NCBI GenBank assembly: GCA_965261395.1
Contig: OZ253462.1
Span: 4,224,001-4,288,000, forward strand
Direction: 5' to 3'
DNA: 64,000 nucleotides
Origin: Candidatus Latescibacterota bacterium
GTDB taxonomy: Bacteria; Latescibacterota; UBA2968; UBA8231
Shown piece by piece: positions 27,281 to 36,064 of the stretch; position 1 is the first letter of the stretch; every line of letters begins with the position of its first letter. The notes beneath the pieces are model-generated. The model saw only the letters and a list, made by a program, of their open reading frames with translations, was not told where the DNA came from and searched no databases. The position numbers and the translations under genes were made by a program.

Positions 27281-28530
27281 GCAGCCTCCTAGCCACCCTA
27301 GCCGCCCTAGCCGGGGTCCCGCTCTTTGTGGTCATCAGTGCGATGGCCCTTTTGCACTTCTCCTTCGCCGAGATCGATTTAACCGTCGTCTTCATCGAGA
27401 TGTATCGGATAGCCGAAACCCCGACCTTAACGGCTATTCCGCTCTTCGCTCTCACGGGTTTCATCCTCGCCGAAAGCGGCGCACCGACTCGTCTGGTGCG
27501 CTTCTCCCAAGCCTTGCTCGGCTGGCTGCCAGGGGGTCTGGCCATTATGGCCATTATCGTCTGCGCCCTCTTTACTGCTTTGACCGGGGCTTCGGGAATG
27601 ACGATTGTCGCGCTCGGCGGGCTGCTCTTGCCCGCTCTACGGCAACAGCGCCTGCCCGATTCCTTTTCCCTCGGGCTGATTACCACTTCGGGCAGCTTGG
27701 GCTTGCTCTTTCCGCCGAGCCTGCCGCTGATCATCTACGGCATCGTATCCGAGACGCCAGTAGATCAGCTTTTCATCGCGGGCATCGCCCCCGGCTTGCT
27801 CTTGGTCGGTGCTCTGTCCTGCTACAGCTTGTTCCAAGGCCGGCGCAGTGCCGCGCCCGAGCGCCCTACCGGATGGCGCGAATTGCCGCAGGCCTTTGTC
27901 GCTTGTAGTTGGGAGCTTCTATTGCCGGTGGTGATCTTCGGGGGGATCTACGGGGGGATAATCGCCGTCAGCGAGGCTGCGGCTTTGAGCGCCCTATACG
28001 CTCTGGTAGTGGTGGTGTTAATCCGCCGCGAGGTCTCCATCGGGCAACTGCCGAAGATCATCTGCGAAAGCATGGTGCTAGTCGGCGGCATTTTCGTCGT
28101 CTTGGCCGCGGCCATGGCCTATACCAACTACCTCGTCGATGCGGAAGTCCCAACGCGCTTACTCGCCTATATAGAGACTCACATCAGCAGCCGCTTGCTG
28201 TTCTTGATTCTCCTCAATGTGTTTCTGCTAGCTGTTGGCTGTATGATCGACATGTTCTCCGCCCTCCTCATCGTCGTGCCCTTGATTCTGCCCATCGCCG
28301 AAGCATACGATGTTCATCCCATTCACCTTGGGATCATTTTTTTGACGAACTTGGAAATCGGCTACTCGACGCCGCCGGTTGGGCTTAACCTCTTTATTGC
28401 CAGCATTCGCTTTGAACAGCCCGTACATCGGCTCTACCGAGTCTCTTTGCCTTTTCTGTTGATTCTGTTGGCTTGTTTAGTTGTGATTACTTACTGGGCT
28501 GATTTGAGTTTGTTTCTCGTTGAGTCTTAA
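27277..28530 (+). CDS. dctM: TRAP large permease DctM
   Basis: AIPLF, GSLGLLFPPS, HPIHLGIIF..NLEIG..TPPVGLNLF; GTG start overlaps the dctQ stop. Confidence 0.93.
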   Translation: MSSLLATLAALAGVPLFVVISAMALLHFSFAEIDLTVVFIEMYRIAETPTLTAIPLFALTGFILAESGAPTRLVRFSQALLGWLPGGLAIMAIIVCALFTALTGASGMTIVALGGLLLPALRQQRLPDSFSLGLITTSGSLGLLFPPSLPLIIYGIVSETPVDQLFIAGIAPGLLLVGALSCYSLFQGRRSAAPERPTGWRELPQAFVACSWELLLPVVIFGGIYGGIIAVSEAAALSALYALVVVVLIRREVSIGQLPKIICESMVLVGGIFVVLAAAMAYTNYLVDAEVPTRLLAYIETHISSRLLFLILLNVFLLAVGCMIDMFSALLIVVPLILPIAEAYDVHPIHLGIIFLTNLEIGYSTPPVGLNLFIASIRFEQPVHRLYRVSLPFLLILLACLVVITYWADLSLFLVES

Positions 28531-28546
28531 ATTTTTTTATTGAGTG

Positions 28547-28574
28547 AATTTACATATTAATTTTTATATGGCAT
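28547..28574 (-). repeat. dif-like site 4 (11-6-11)
   Basis: Minus strand ATGCCATATAA-AAATTA-ATATGTAAATT; contains the mcrC stop codon; lies between convergent genes. Confidence 0.7.
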
Positions 28575-29724
28575 TTTCTATTTTGCGGATCACACGTTGG
28601 CCCGCTCTCTCTAGGTCCTCGGCTTCGAGATCGTACCCGAGCGCTTGCACAGCCACTGGGCCGACCTCGAACTGCTCGTCCACATCGCTGCTGGGATAGA
28701 GCAAAAAGGCCCGACGTGCCCCTAGCTGCACCGCATAGGCAACCACCTGCTGCACATCGCTTTCCACGGGGCCATCGGCTTTGTACTTTGCATCAATTAC
28801 CGCCAACGGCTGCCCGGTTATCGCTGAAAACAGGGCCATATCCAAGCGAAAGGAAAGCCGCTCTGTTCCCTTGAGTCGCGTGTGATACTGGGCTTTTAGT
28901 TCGACCTTGTGATTTAGCTTGTGGTCGATAAACGCCGTGCAAAACCGCTCGAATAAGGTGGGCATGTGCAGCAGGTACGCCGGCCCTTCCTCGGCCCCTA
29001 GCCCCCAAGCTGGGCTTCGCTGTTGAAGCAAGGGATAACACAAGGCATGCATGGGGCGGTAATCCTCGTTTAGCCGGTGGTACGCTACGCCGAGGCAATC
29101 TGCGGGGCGAATGTGGCGGTAATTTAGCTCGCTCAGCGCCCACCAAGCTCGGCCGACCATTTGCCGAATGCTTTCGCGGCGAAAGGCAAAGCGTCTCAGG
29201 CCGTACAGCGCGTTGGCCAAGATGCGGTTGTCGAGGATATCTGGCGTGTGCTCTGCAAATCGACAGTAAGGGCGAACTCCCCGATAGCTGCGCTCGGGGT
29301 ACATGCGCCCCCGCACCCACCGACTGGGACCTTCGCGGGTTTGGTAATCCCAAAACAGCCCTCGCCGCACTCGTTGCAAGACCTTGCGCGCGAGCACCTC
29401 GGCCCAAAACTCGTAGATATCCCCCATAGTGGCCGGGGCCTTGTGATCGCTGATCTTGGGCAACTGATAGGCGTACTCTAGCATGGGCATGAGCAGTGAG
29501 CAGCGTATTTTGGGATTGATTTCCAAGGCGGCATCCGCGCCGAAAGGCACGACACCGACATAGCCCCGCGACCTGAGCTGATAACACTGGCCATTGAGCG
29601 GGCTGGGGAAGCCGAACTCCAACTCTTTTGGATATTGGGCGTGCAGATGCAGGGCCTGTTCGACCCCAAGCTCGGTAGCCGGAATCGCGGCTACTTCCTC
29701 TTCGATCAGCTCGTAGCGTCGCAC
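28564..29724 (-). CDS. mcrC: McrC-like restriction endonuclease subunit
   Basis: YVGVV..LEINPKI, DILDNRIL, RLNEDY, MPTLFERF, RLD..VIDAKYK, DVQQVVAY. Confidence 0.9.
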   Translation of the reverse strand: MRRYELIEEEVAAIPATELGVEQALHLHAQYPKELEFGFPSPLNGQCYQLRSRGYVGVVPFGADAALEINPKIRCSLLMPMLEYAYQLPKISDHKAPATMGDIYEFWAEVLARKVLQRVRRGLFWDYQTREGPSRWVRGRMYPERSYRGVRPYCRFAEHTPDILDNRILANALYGLRRFAFRRESIRQMVGRAWWALSELNYRHIRPADCLGVAYHRLNEDYRPMHALCYPLLQQRSPAWGLGAEEGPAYLLHMPTLFERFCTAFIDHKLNHKVELKAQYHTRLKGTERLSFRLDMALFSAITGQPLAVIDAKYKADGPVESDVQQVVAYAVQLGARRAFLLYPSSDVDEQFEVGPVAVQALGYDLEAEDLERAGQRVIRKIENAI

Positions 29725-29726
29725 GC

Positions 29727-31166
29727 CTAATCCTGCAACCGCCCGGCGACCTTAGACCAGCGAAAGCGTGCCATCTGGTCCGGGCGATCAAAAAACACCT
29801 CCTCCAGATAAGGCTCGACCTCGCCTTGCCAAACATGTACCAGTGCCGTTGCGATATCGGCGATCATAAAAAAAGAAATGCCCAGCTCGCAGTCCTCATC
29901 CCCAATGGCTTGATTTACTTCTTTTAGTAAAGCGACCAATTTCTCCGCGGGTAAGCCCCTGTTCTCGAGATAATTTGCCAAAAGCTGGTAGTTGGGCCGC
30001 AGGCGGACAAAGCTGAATCGCCGCCGCATGGCTTGGTCAACCAAGGCGATTGATCGGTCGGCCGTGTTCATCGTGCCGATGAGATAGACGTTGGCGGGGA
30101 TCGAAAACTCAGAGCCGCCACCGGCCAGCGCGATCGGGCGCTGGCGGTATTCCAACAGGTACATTAGTTCGCCGAAAACGCGCGCGAGATTTGCGCGGTT
30201 GATTTCGTCGATGATCAGCACACAGGGTTTTCCTCCGATTTGTCGCACTTTGTCGCAAAACCGCAGAAAGTGCCCGGCAGCCAATTCGTAGTGCAATGCG
30301 CCCCCTACCACCTGTGGTCGAATCCCCTGGACGAAATCCTCATACGCGTACGAGGCGTGGAATTGCACGAGTTCGCTAAAACCGCCGCCATCCACCAAAT
30401 AGCGCGCCAAGCGCTCAGCCAAGTACGTCTTGCCGGTGCCGGGCGGGCCATATAGGATGAGTTGCTGCTTGCGCCGTAGTTGGGCAACCCAGCCGTTTAG
30501 CTGGTCGGCACTGTAGCCGGTCTCCGCGGCGAGGGCTTGATCGTCGTAGCTCGCGCCCACAGGGGGAGCTACGACGCGGCCGCGGTCATGCCGCTCTACG
30601 GCCTCTTGTATCTGCTCCATTCGTCGCTTGAATTCGCTTTCTAAAATGACTGGCCGCAATTGCTCGACTTCAAAGGGCCTGACGCGCAGGTGCAGGCCCA
30701 TCTGACGCAAGAAGTTCGGCTGGACGGGCGCACAGCGATACACCCTCAGCACCGTCAGCCAAATATCCCGCTCAATCCCCGCCCGCCATGCTTCGACTGC
30801 TTGAGCCGTCCACGGCGTCAGTTCGGCCGCCAGCGCGCCGATCCAGGCGGCATTGGGCAGCTTGAAGTAGCCTACGGGCACGACCAGCGAATTTACCAGC
30901 CCATTCTCTGCCCAGCGCTCGGCTTGCTCTATGTCCCTAAAATCTTCCGGTGACCACCCGGTGCCCGCCGTGCCCGTGGCGTAATAACACGTGGCCGCGC
31001 TTTCCCACAAGGGCATGGCTTTCAGCAGCCGCGTGCCGCGGATGATCACCATAGCTTCGCCTGCTACCAGTGCGGCCACTTCGGGACCGGGGCGGCGCAA
31101 AAGCCGGTCGTACGGCCCGGTCAAAGGCTTGTCTAAGCGCAGGCGGATCGACTTCAATTGAGCCAT
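29727..31166 (-). CDS. mcrB: McrB-like AAA+ GTPase with non-E. coli-type N-terminal domain
   Basis: GPPGTGKT, VQFHASYAYEDFVQG, IIDEINRAN, GTMNTADRS, RRRF. Confidence 0.93.
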   Translation of the reverse strand: MAQLKSIRLRLDKPLTGPYDRLLRRPGPEVAALVAGEAMVIIRGTRLLKAMPLWESAATCYYATGTAGTGWSPEDFRDIEQAERWAENGLVNSLVVPVGYFKLPNAAWIGALAAELTPWTAQAVEAWRAGIERDIWLTVLRVYRCAPVQPNFLRQMGLHLRVRPFEVEQLRPVILESEFKRRMEQIQEAVERHDRGRVVAPPVGASYDDQALAAETGYSADQLNGWVAQLRRKQQLILYGPPGTGKTYLAERLARYLVDGGGFSELVQFHASYAYEDFVQGIRPQVVGGALHYELAAGHFLRFCDKVRQIGGKPCVLIIDEINRANLARVFGELMYLLEYRQRPIALAGGGSEFSIPANVYLIGTMNTADRSIALVDQAMRRRFSFVRLRPNYQLLANYLENRGLPAEKLVALLKEVNQAIGDEDCELGISFFMIADIATALVHVWQGEVEPYLEEVFFDRPDQMARFRWSKVAGRLQD

Positions 31167-31265
31167 TGCATATATCCTCTATGCAAAATAATAGGCTTGT
31201 ACCGCTCTTTTCAAAATCTGGGGCTTTTTTATTTTCTGCTCCACCTCAATCCCCACAAGGTTCCC

Positions 31266-32672
31266 TTGCCTCGCCGACTCTCTCCAACCAAGCTAGCGCC
31301 CAAACAATGGGTGGGCTTGCTACTAGGTATCACGGCCCTCCTTTTGGGCTTTGCCGCTCCATTGACTGCGCTGCCTAGTCCTGTTCAAAACGCCCTTGGC
31401 ATCGCCCTCTTTGCTCTGTTTTTTTGGACTACTGAACCCATACCTATCGCGCTGAGTTCGGCGGGGGTACTCGTCCTGATCCCGGCCGTTGGCCTGCTGA
31501 GCTTCGAGCAGAGCCTAGCCCCTTTCGCCTCCAAGACGGTCTGGCTCGTCCTCGCCGGCATGGCCCTGAGCTTGGGGGTGGCCAAAACGGGCCTCGGAGA
31601 CGCGCTGGCGTCTTGGCTTCAGTCCAGCCTGTCGCAACGCCCCTTCTTCCTACTCTGCCAATTGCACCTGCTCGGGCTGGGGACGGCCTTCCTGATCCCG
31701 TCCGGGGTAATCCGCGTCCTGTTCTTGATGCCGATTGGCATCGCCCTCGTCGAGCGCCTGCACGTTCGCCCATCGCTGCATCTCAAAGCCGCCGTGCTGC
31801 TCTCCCTGCTTTGCAGCACGTATTTTGGTGGTTGTGGGCTTTTGACCGGTTCCGTGCCTAACTTGGTCCTGGCCGGCCAATACGAAAAAATCCAAGGTGC
31901 ACCCATATTTTGGGCCACTTGGCTGTATTGGATGTTTCCGGTCATCGGCTTTTTGCGAACTCTAGTATCGCTCGGTGTGATCTGGATGCTTTTCGGCCGC
32001 CACCTCGACGGCCATGTCATCCAACAGACCCCTTCCCCGAGCAGCGCGCCACTGACCCGCATCCAGCGACGCGCCCTATATATTCTTCTTGCGGGAGTGT
32101 GCTTGTGGGCCACCGATCTCTTGCACCACGTCCAACCCGCCTATGTTGGCTTGGGTCTAGTGGTGTTGTTCGTCTGGCCGCGTTGGGGACCGCTCCGTTT
32201 TGGCGACTTGGTCAAGGTGCGGTTCGCGCTCCTAGCCTACATTGTCGCTCTGCTCACGTTGGGCCACGCCTTGGACGAGGCCGGATTTAACCACCTGTTC
32301 ATCGCGGCTTTCGGTGAGTATCTGGCGTTGGAGGAGTACGGCTGGCTGGGCAAGCATCTATCGCTTTGTTTGATCGCCTTGCCGCTCGATTTCCTGATGG
32401 ATATCGCCGCAGTAGCCGGCGTGGCGACCATCCCCCTGATGGAGTTGGGTGCCCAGCACGGTATCGCGCCGCTGCCGGCGGCATTCAGCGTGGCCATGGC
32501 CACGACCTTGGCCTTCTTGCCCTACCAGTCGGCACCTTTCATGGTGGCCTATGGTTTTCGGCAGCTCTCCATGCAGCAGCTCGTCCTCACCCAAGGCCTT
32601 ATTTCTATGGCATCCTTGGTCCTGATCTGTCCGCTCAATCTGCTCTATTGGCGGTGGCTAGGGCTCATTTGA
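31266..32672 (+). CDS. SLC13/DASS family anion transporter (start uncertain)
   Basis: WTTEPIP, KTGLG, LIPS...R, TGSVPN, many TM helices. Confidence 0.85.
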   Translation: MPRRLSPTKLAPKQWVGLLLGITALLLGFAAPLTALPSPVQNALGIALFALFFWTTEPIPIALSSAGVLVLIPAVGLLSFEQSLAPFASKTVWLVLAGMALSLGVAKTGLGDALASWLQSSLSQRPFFLLCQLHLLGLGTAFLIPSGVIRVLFLMPIGIALVERLHVRPSLHLKAAVLLSLLCSTYFGGCGLLTGSVPNLVLAGQYEKIQGAPIFWATWLYWMFPVIGFLRTLVSLGVIWMLFGRHLDGHVIQQTPSPSSAPLTRIQRRALYILLAGVCLWATDLLHHVQPAYVGLGLVVLFVWPRWGPLRFGDLVKVRFALLAYIVALLTLGHALDEAGFNHLFIAAFGEYLALEEYGWLGKHLSLCLIALPLDFLMDIAAVAGVATIPLMELGAQHGIAPLPAAFSVAMATTLAFLPYQSAPFMVAYGFRQLSMQQLVLTQGLISMASLVLICPLNLLYWRWLGLI

Positions 32673-32698
32673 CGCGCCAGTGGCGTTTATGATGCGCA

Positions 32699-34147
32699 AT
32701 GCTTATGATAAATCGCGTCATGCCTACAGCCATTGCCAATGTCCTCGCCCAGCGCTACGCCAGCCGAGCAATCCAAGATCTGTGGTCTGAACGTGGTCGC
32801 ATCGTCCTCGAGCGCGAGCTCTGGATTGCCATCCTCAAAGCTCAGCACGACCTAAAGCTCGATGTGCCCTCCGCAGCCATACGTGCCTACGAGCGCGTCA
32901 AGGATCAAGTTGACCTAGAATCCATCGCGCGCCGCGAAGCCGTTTTGCGGCACGATGTCAAGGCGCGCATCGAAGAATTTTGCAGCTTGGCCGGCTGCGA
33001 GCACATTCACAAGGGGATGACCAGCCGCGATCTGACCGACAATGTCGAGCAGTACCAGATCCTCCGCTCCTTGCAGCACATGCAGGTCAAGTACGTGGCC
33101 CTCCTCCTACGCCTAGGCCAGCGGGCACTGCAATGGAAGGATCTCGCGGTCGCCGGCCGGACCCACTACGCGGCCGCGCAACCCACGACGCTCGGTAAGC
33201 GCCTCGCCATGTTCGGCGAGGAAATGCTAGTCGCCTTTAACCGGCTCGACGAGCTCGTCCAACGCTATCCCCTGCGGGGCCTAAAGGGCGCAGTCGGCAC
33301 AGCCGTCGACCAACTGACTTTGCTCGCTGGCGACGCCGACAAGCTAAGCCAACTCCAAACCCGCGTGCGGCACCACCTCGGCTTCCAACGGGAGCTAGGG
33401 GCCGTCGGCCAGATCTATCCCCGTAGTCTCGACTTTGAGGTGCTGAGCTGCCTCTACCAGTTAGGGGCTGGCATTGCCAATCTGGCCCGTGCAATCCGCC
33501 TAATGGCCGGCCACGACATGCTAACCGAGGGCTTTGCTGCCGGGCAGGTCGGCTCTTCGGCCATGCCGCACAAAATGAACAGCCGCAGCAGCGAGCGGGT
33601 CAATGGGTTGCAGATCGTCCTCGGCGGCTATGTCCACATGCTGGGCGCACTGGCCGGCGATCAGTGGTTTGAAGGGGACGTCTCCTGCTCGGTCGTGCGC
33701 CGCGTAGCCCTCCCCGATGGGTTCTTCGCCTTTGATGGCATGCTCGAGACCACGCTCCACATCCTCGACGATATGGGCGTCTATGAAGCGGTAATTGCCC
33801 GCGATCTAGACCGCTATCTGCCCTTTCTCGCCACCACGACGCTGCTGATGGAAGCCATCCAACGCGGTGCCGGCCGCGAACAGGCCCACACCGCACTTAG
33901 AGAGCACTCCCTAGCCGCGGCTATCGATATGCGCGAACAAGGCCGGAGCACCAGCGAGTTGGCGCGTCGCTTGGGTGCAGATTCTCGCTTTCCACTCAGC
34001 GAAGAGGAAATCGCCGCCACGATCTCCCGCAGTCGTTGCTTCACAGGCGCGGCCACCCAGCAAGTCGAGCTTTTCGTCGGCCGGGTAGAGGAGTTGGCTG
34101 CAGCCCACCCAGAAGCACACGCAATCGAAAAGGGGCGACTGCTCTGA
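32699..34147 (+). CDS. purB: Adenylosuccinate lyase
   Basis: RHDVKAR, HKGMTSRD, QPTTLGKR, GSSAMPHKMN. Confidence 0.96.
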   Translation: MLMINRVMPTAIANVLAQRYASRAIQDLWSERGRIVLERELWIAILKAQHDLKLDVPSAAIRAYERVKDQVDLESIARREAVLRHDVKARIEEFCSLAGCEHIHKGMTSRDLTDNVEQYQILRSLQHMQVKYVALLLRLGQRALQWKDLAVAGRTHYAAAQPTTLGKRLAMFGEEMLVAFNRLDELVQRYPLRGLKGAVGTAVDQLTLLAGDADKLSQLQTRVRHHLGFQRELGAVGQIYPRSLDFEVLSCLYQLGAGIANLARAIRLMAGHDMLTEGFAAGQVGSSAMPHKMNSRSSERVNGLQIVLGGYVHMLGALAGDQWFEGDVSCSVVRRVALPDGFFAFDGMLETTLHILDDMGVYEAVIARDLDRYLPFLATTTLLMEAIQRGAGREQAHTALREHSLAAAIDMREQGRSTSELARRLGADSRFPLSEEEIAATISRSRCFTGAATQQVELFVGRVEELAAAHPEAHAIEKGRLL

Positions 34148-34152
34148 CCTCC

Positions 34153-34887
34153 ATGCGATACCAGCGAGTCCTGCTCAAGCTGAGCGGGGAAGCCATCTCC
34201 GGCCCCCACGACGTGGGATTCGACCCCGATTCCCTAGAACACATTGCCGACGAAGTCCTCAACTTGCACTCCTGTGGGGTCGAAATATCCATCGTCATTG
34301 GCGGCGGCAATATATTCCGCGGCACGCTCGCCAGTCAGTGGGGTATTGAACGGGCCGAAGCCGACAACATCGGCATGGTGGGGACGGTGATCAACAGCCT
34401 GATGCTGCGCGGGGTCCTCACCTCTAAATCCAATGTCGAAGTCCGGGTAATGAGTGCCATTCCCATCAACACGGTAGCCGAGCCTTTTATTCGGCTGCGC
34501 GCGATTCACCATCTAGAGAAGCACTACATCGTCATCTTTGCCGCCGGTATTGGCAACCCGTACGTCACTACGGACTACACCGCGGCCCAGCGCGCGATTG
34601 AGACGCGGTCCCAAGCCCTGCTTTTTGCTAAAAATCAAGTCGGCGGCATCTTTACCTCCGACCCTCACGCCGATCCCCACGCGAGGCTGTACCGGCGGAT
34701 GCACTACAACACGATCATCCAAGAAAACCTCACCATCGCCGATCAATCCTCGGTCCTGTTGGCGCGCGATCACAAGATGCCCATGCACTTTTTTGACTTC
34801 TCTGACAAGGGAACCATATTGCGCATCTGCCGCGGCCAAGATCCGGGCACCTTGGTGACGGATGCAGACGAAGACATCGTAGAATAG
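34153..34887 (+). CDS. pyrH: UMP kinase
   Basis: LKLSGEA, GGGNIFRG, ADNIGM, GNPYVTTD. Confidence 0.9.
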   Translation: MRYQRVLLKLSGEAISGPHDVGFDPDSLEHIADEVLNLHSCGVEISIVIGGGNIFRGTLASQWGIERAEADNIGMVGTVINSLMLRGVLTSKSNVEVRVMSAIPINTVAEPFIRLRAIHHLEKHYIVIFAAGIGNPYVTTDYTAAQRAIETRSQALLFAKNQVGGIFTSDPHADPHARLYRRMHYNTIIQENLTIADQSSVLLARDHKMPMHFFDFSDKGTILRICRGQDPGTLVTDADEDIVE

Positions 34888-34889
34888 AC

Positions 34890-34923
34890 AAAAAGGCCGT
34901 CCCCAAAGCGGGACGGCCTTTTC
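34890..34923. terminator. Bidirectional intrinsic terminator
   Basis: AAAAAGGCCGTCCC-loop-GGGACGGCCTTTTT between convergent genes. Confidence 0.85.
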
Positions 34924-34943
34924 TCATACAGGGCTTTTTTGGT

Positions 34944-35870
34944 TTAGAATTCGTATGCAAAGGAGAACCGGTGCGCGCCATTGGTCTCGGTCAGATCCAA
35001 GCCAATGTCATACGCATAGTCGAACACCAACTGGTTCCACTGATAGCCCAACCCCGCATTCAATCCTCCACCGGCGTCCTCCGTCAGCAAACGGCGACCC
35101 CCCGCCCGCAACAACAACCCCTCCACCAACTGCGTCTCCCCACCAACAACCATCCCGTGATCCGAGCCCTCCCCCGTCAAATCGCGACGCACGTATTGCA
35201 CCGACACCAACGACTGACTGCTCAGACGATACCCCACCCCCACATGCACGTCCATGGGCAACGTACCCGCATTCGCGTCCCCTTCCACCTCACCATACGC
35301 CACATTCGGCTGATTGATATTCTTCAACAACACCCCCACCTGCGCCCCTTGCATCGGACTCTGCCACATCAAGCCCAAATCCAAACCGACATTGCCCGCG
35401 CTCTGGTTCGACAGCGGGTCGGGACGACCCTCATCGTCGGGAATCGATCCCACGCTCCAAAACAAATACTTGGCCGACACCCCCACCTGCAGCCGACGCT
35501 GCACCTGATACGACAGCGACACAAACGCCCCGTTCTCGCTCATCAGCGACGAGCCAATCCGCTCATAGCCCAAGCCCAAGCCGAGCTTGTCGCCCAAAGG
35601 CTGCGCATAGGAAACCACGTGCTGACCCAAGTCGTCGCCTTCGATGCCCGCATACAAAAGCGACACATTGGTGTAGGCTACCTGACGACTAGACACCTGA
35701 CCCAACCCAGCCGGATTGGCAAACACGGCATCCGAATTGTCGGCCACCGCCACAAAGCTGTTGCCCAACCCCTGCGCACGAGCACCCGAACCCACATTCT
35801 GGATGTTGACAACCCCGTCGCTGGCAGTTGCCAGCAGGACCGCACAGGTGATGCTAATTGCAATTTTCAT
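34944..35870 (-). CDS. PorV/PorQ-like (UPF0164) outer membrane beta-barrel
   Basis: Signal peptide, GARAQGLGNSFVAVAD..A.F.NPAGL, LRAG, C-terminal HRFSFAYEF. Confidence 0.85.
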   Translation of the reverse strand: MKIAISITCAVLLATASDGVVNIQNVGSGARAQGLGNSFVAVADNSDAVFANPAGLGQVSSRQVAYTNVSLLYAGIEGDDLGQHVVSYAQPLGDKLGLGLGYERIGSSLMSENGAFVSLSYQVQRRLQVGVSAKYLFWSVGSIPDDEGRPDPLSNQSAGNVGLDLGLMWQSPMQGAQVGVLLKNINQPNVAYGEVEGDANAGTLPMDVHVGVGYRLSSQSLVSVQYVRRDLTGEGSDHGMVVGGETQLVEGLLLRAGGRRLLTEDAGGGLNAGLGYQWNQLVFDYAYDIGLDLTETNGAHRFSFAYEF

Positions 35871-36064
35871 ACGCTTGCCTCCTCCACTTGGTGAGATGCG
35901 CTGTGAGATGCGCTTGTACTGTATGTCATTTAGTATAAATATATAAACTATTAACCGTCAATTAAAAATAGCCCCGCTCGCGCGCTGCCACTTCCTTGAC
36001 CAATCAAGGCCGTATGGTCGTTATTATTTTTATAAAATTTATCTCTAAGCTCACGAGGTGAACT

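Noticed and set aside
28793-29836. 347-aa alternative-frame ORF over mcrC and similar long overlapping ORFs (36893, 39255, 56705)
   Set aside because: Arg/Ala/Pro-rich shadow frames typical of GC-rich DNA, overlapping well-supported genes.
34971-35894. 307-aa + strand ORF
   Set aside because: Antisense shadow of the PorV-like gene caused by codon skew; no recognisable motifs.
35928-35955. XerD-arm-like TTATACTAAAT on the minus strand as a fifth dif-like site
   Set aside because: No partner arm ending in ATAA; better explained as the -10 of a TTGACG-N18-TATACT promoter for the PorV-like gene.
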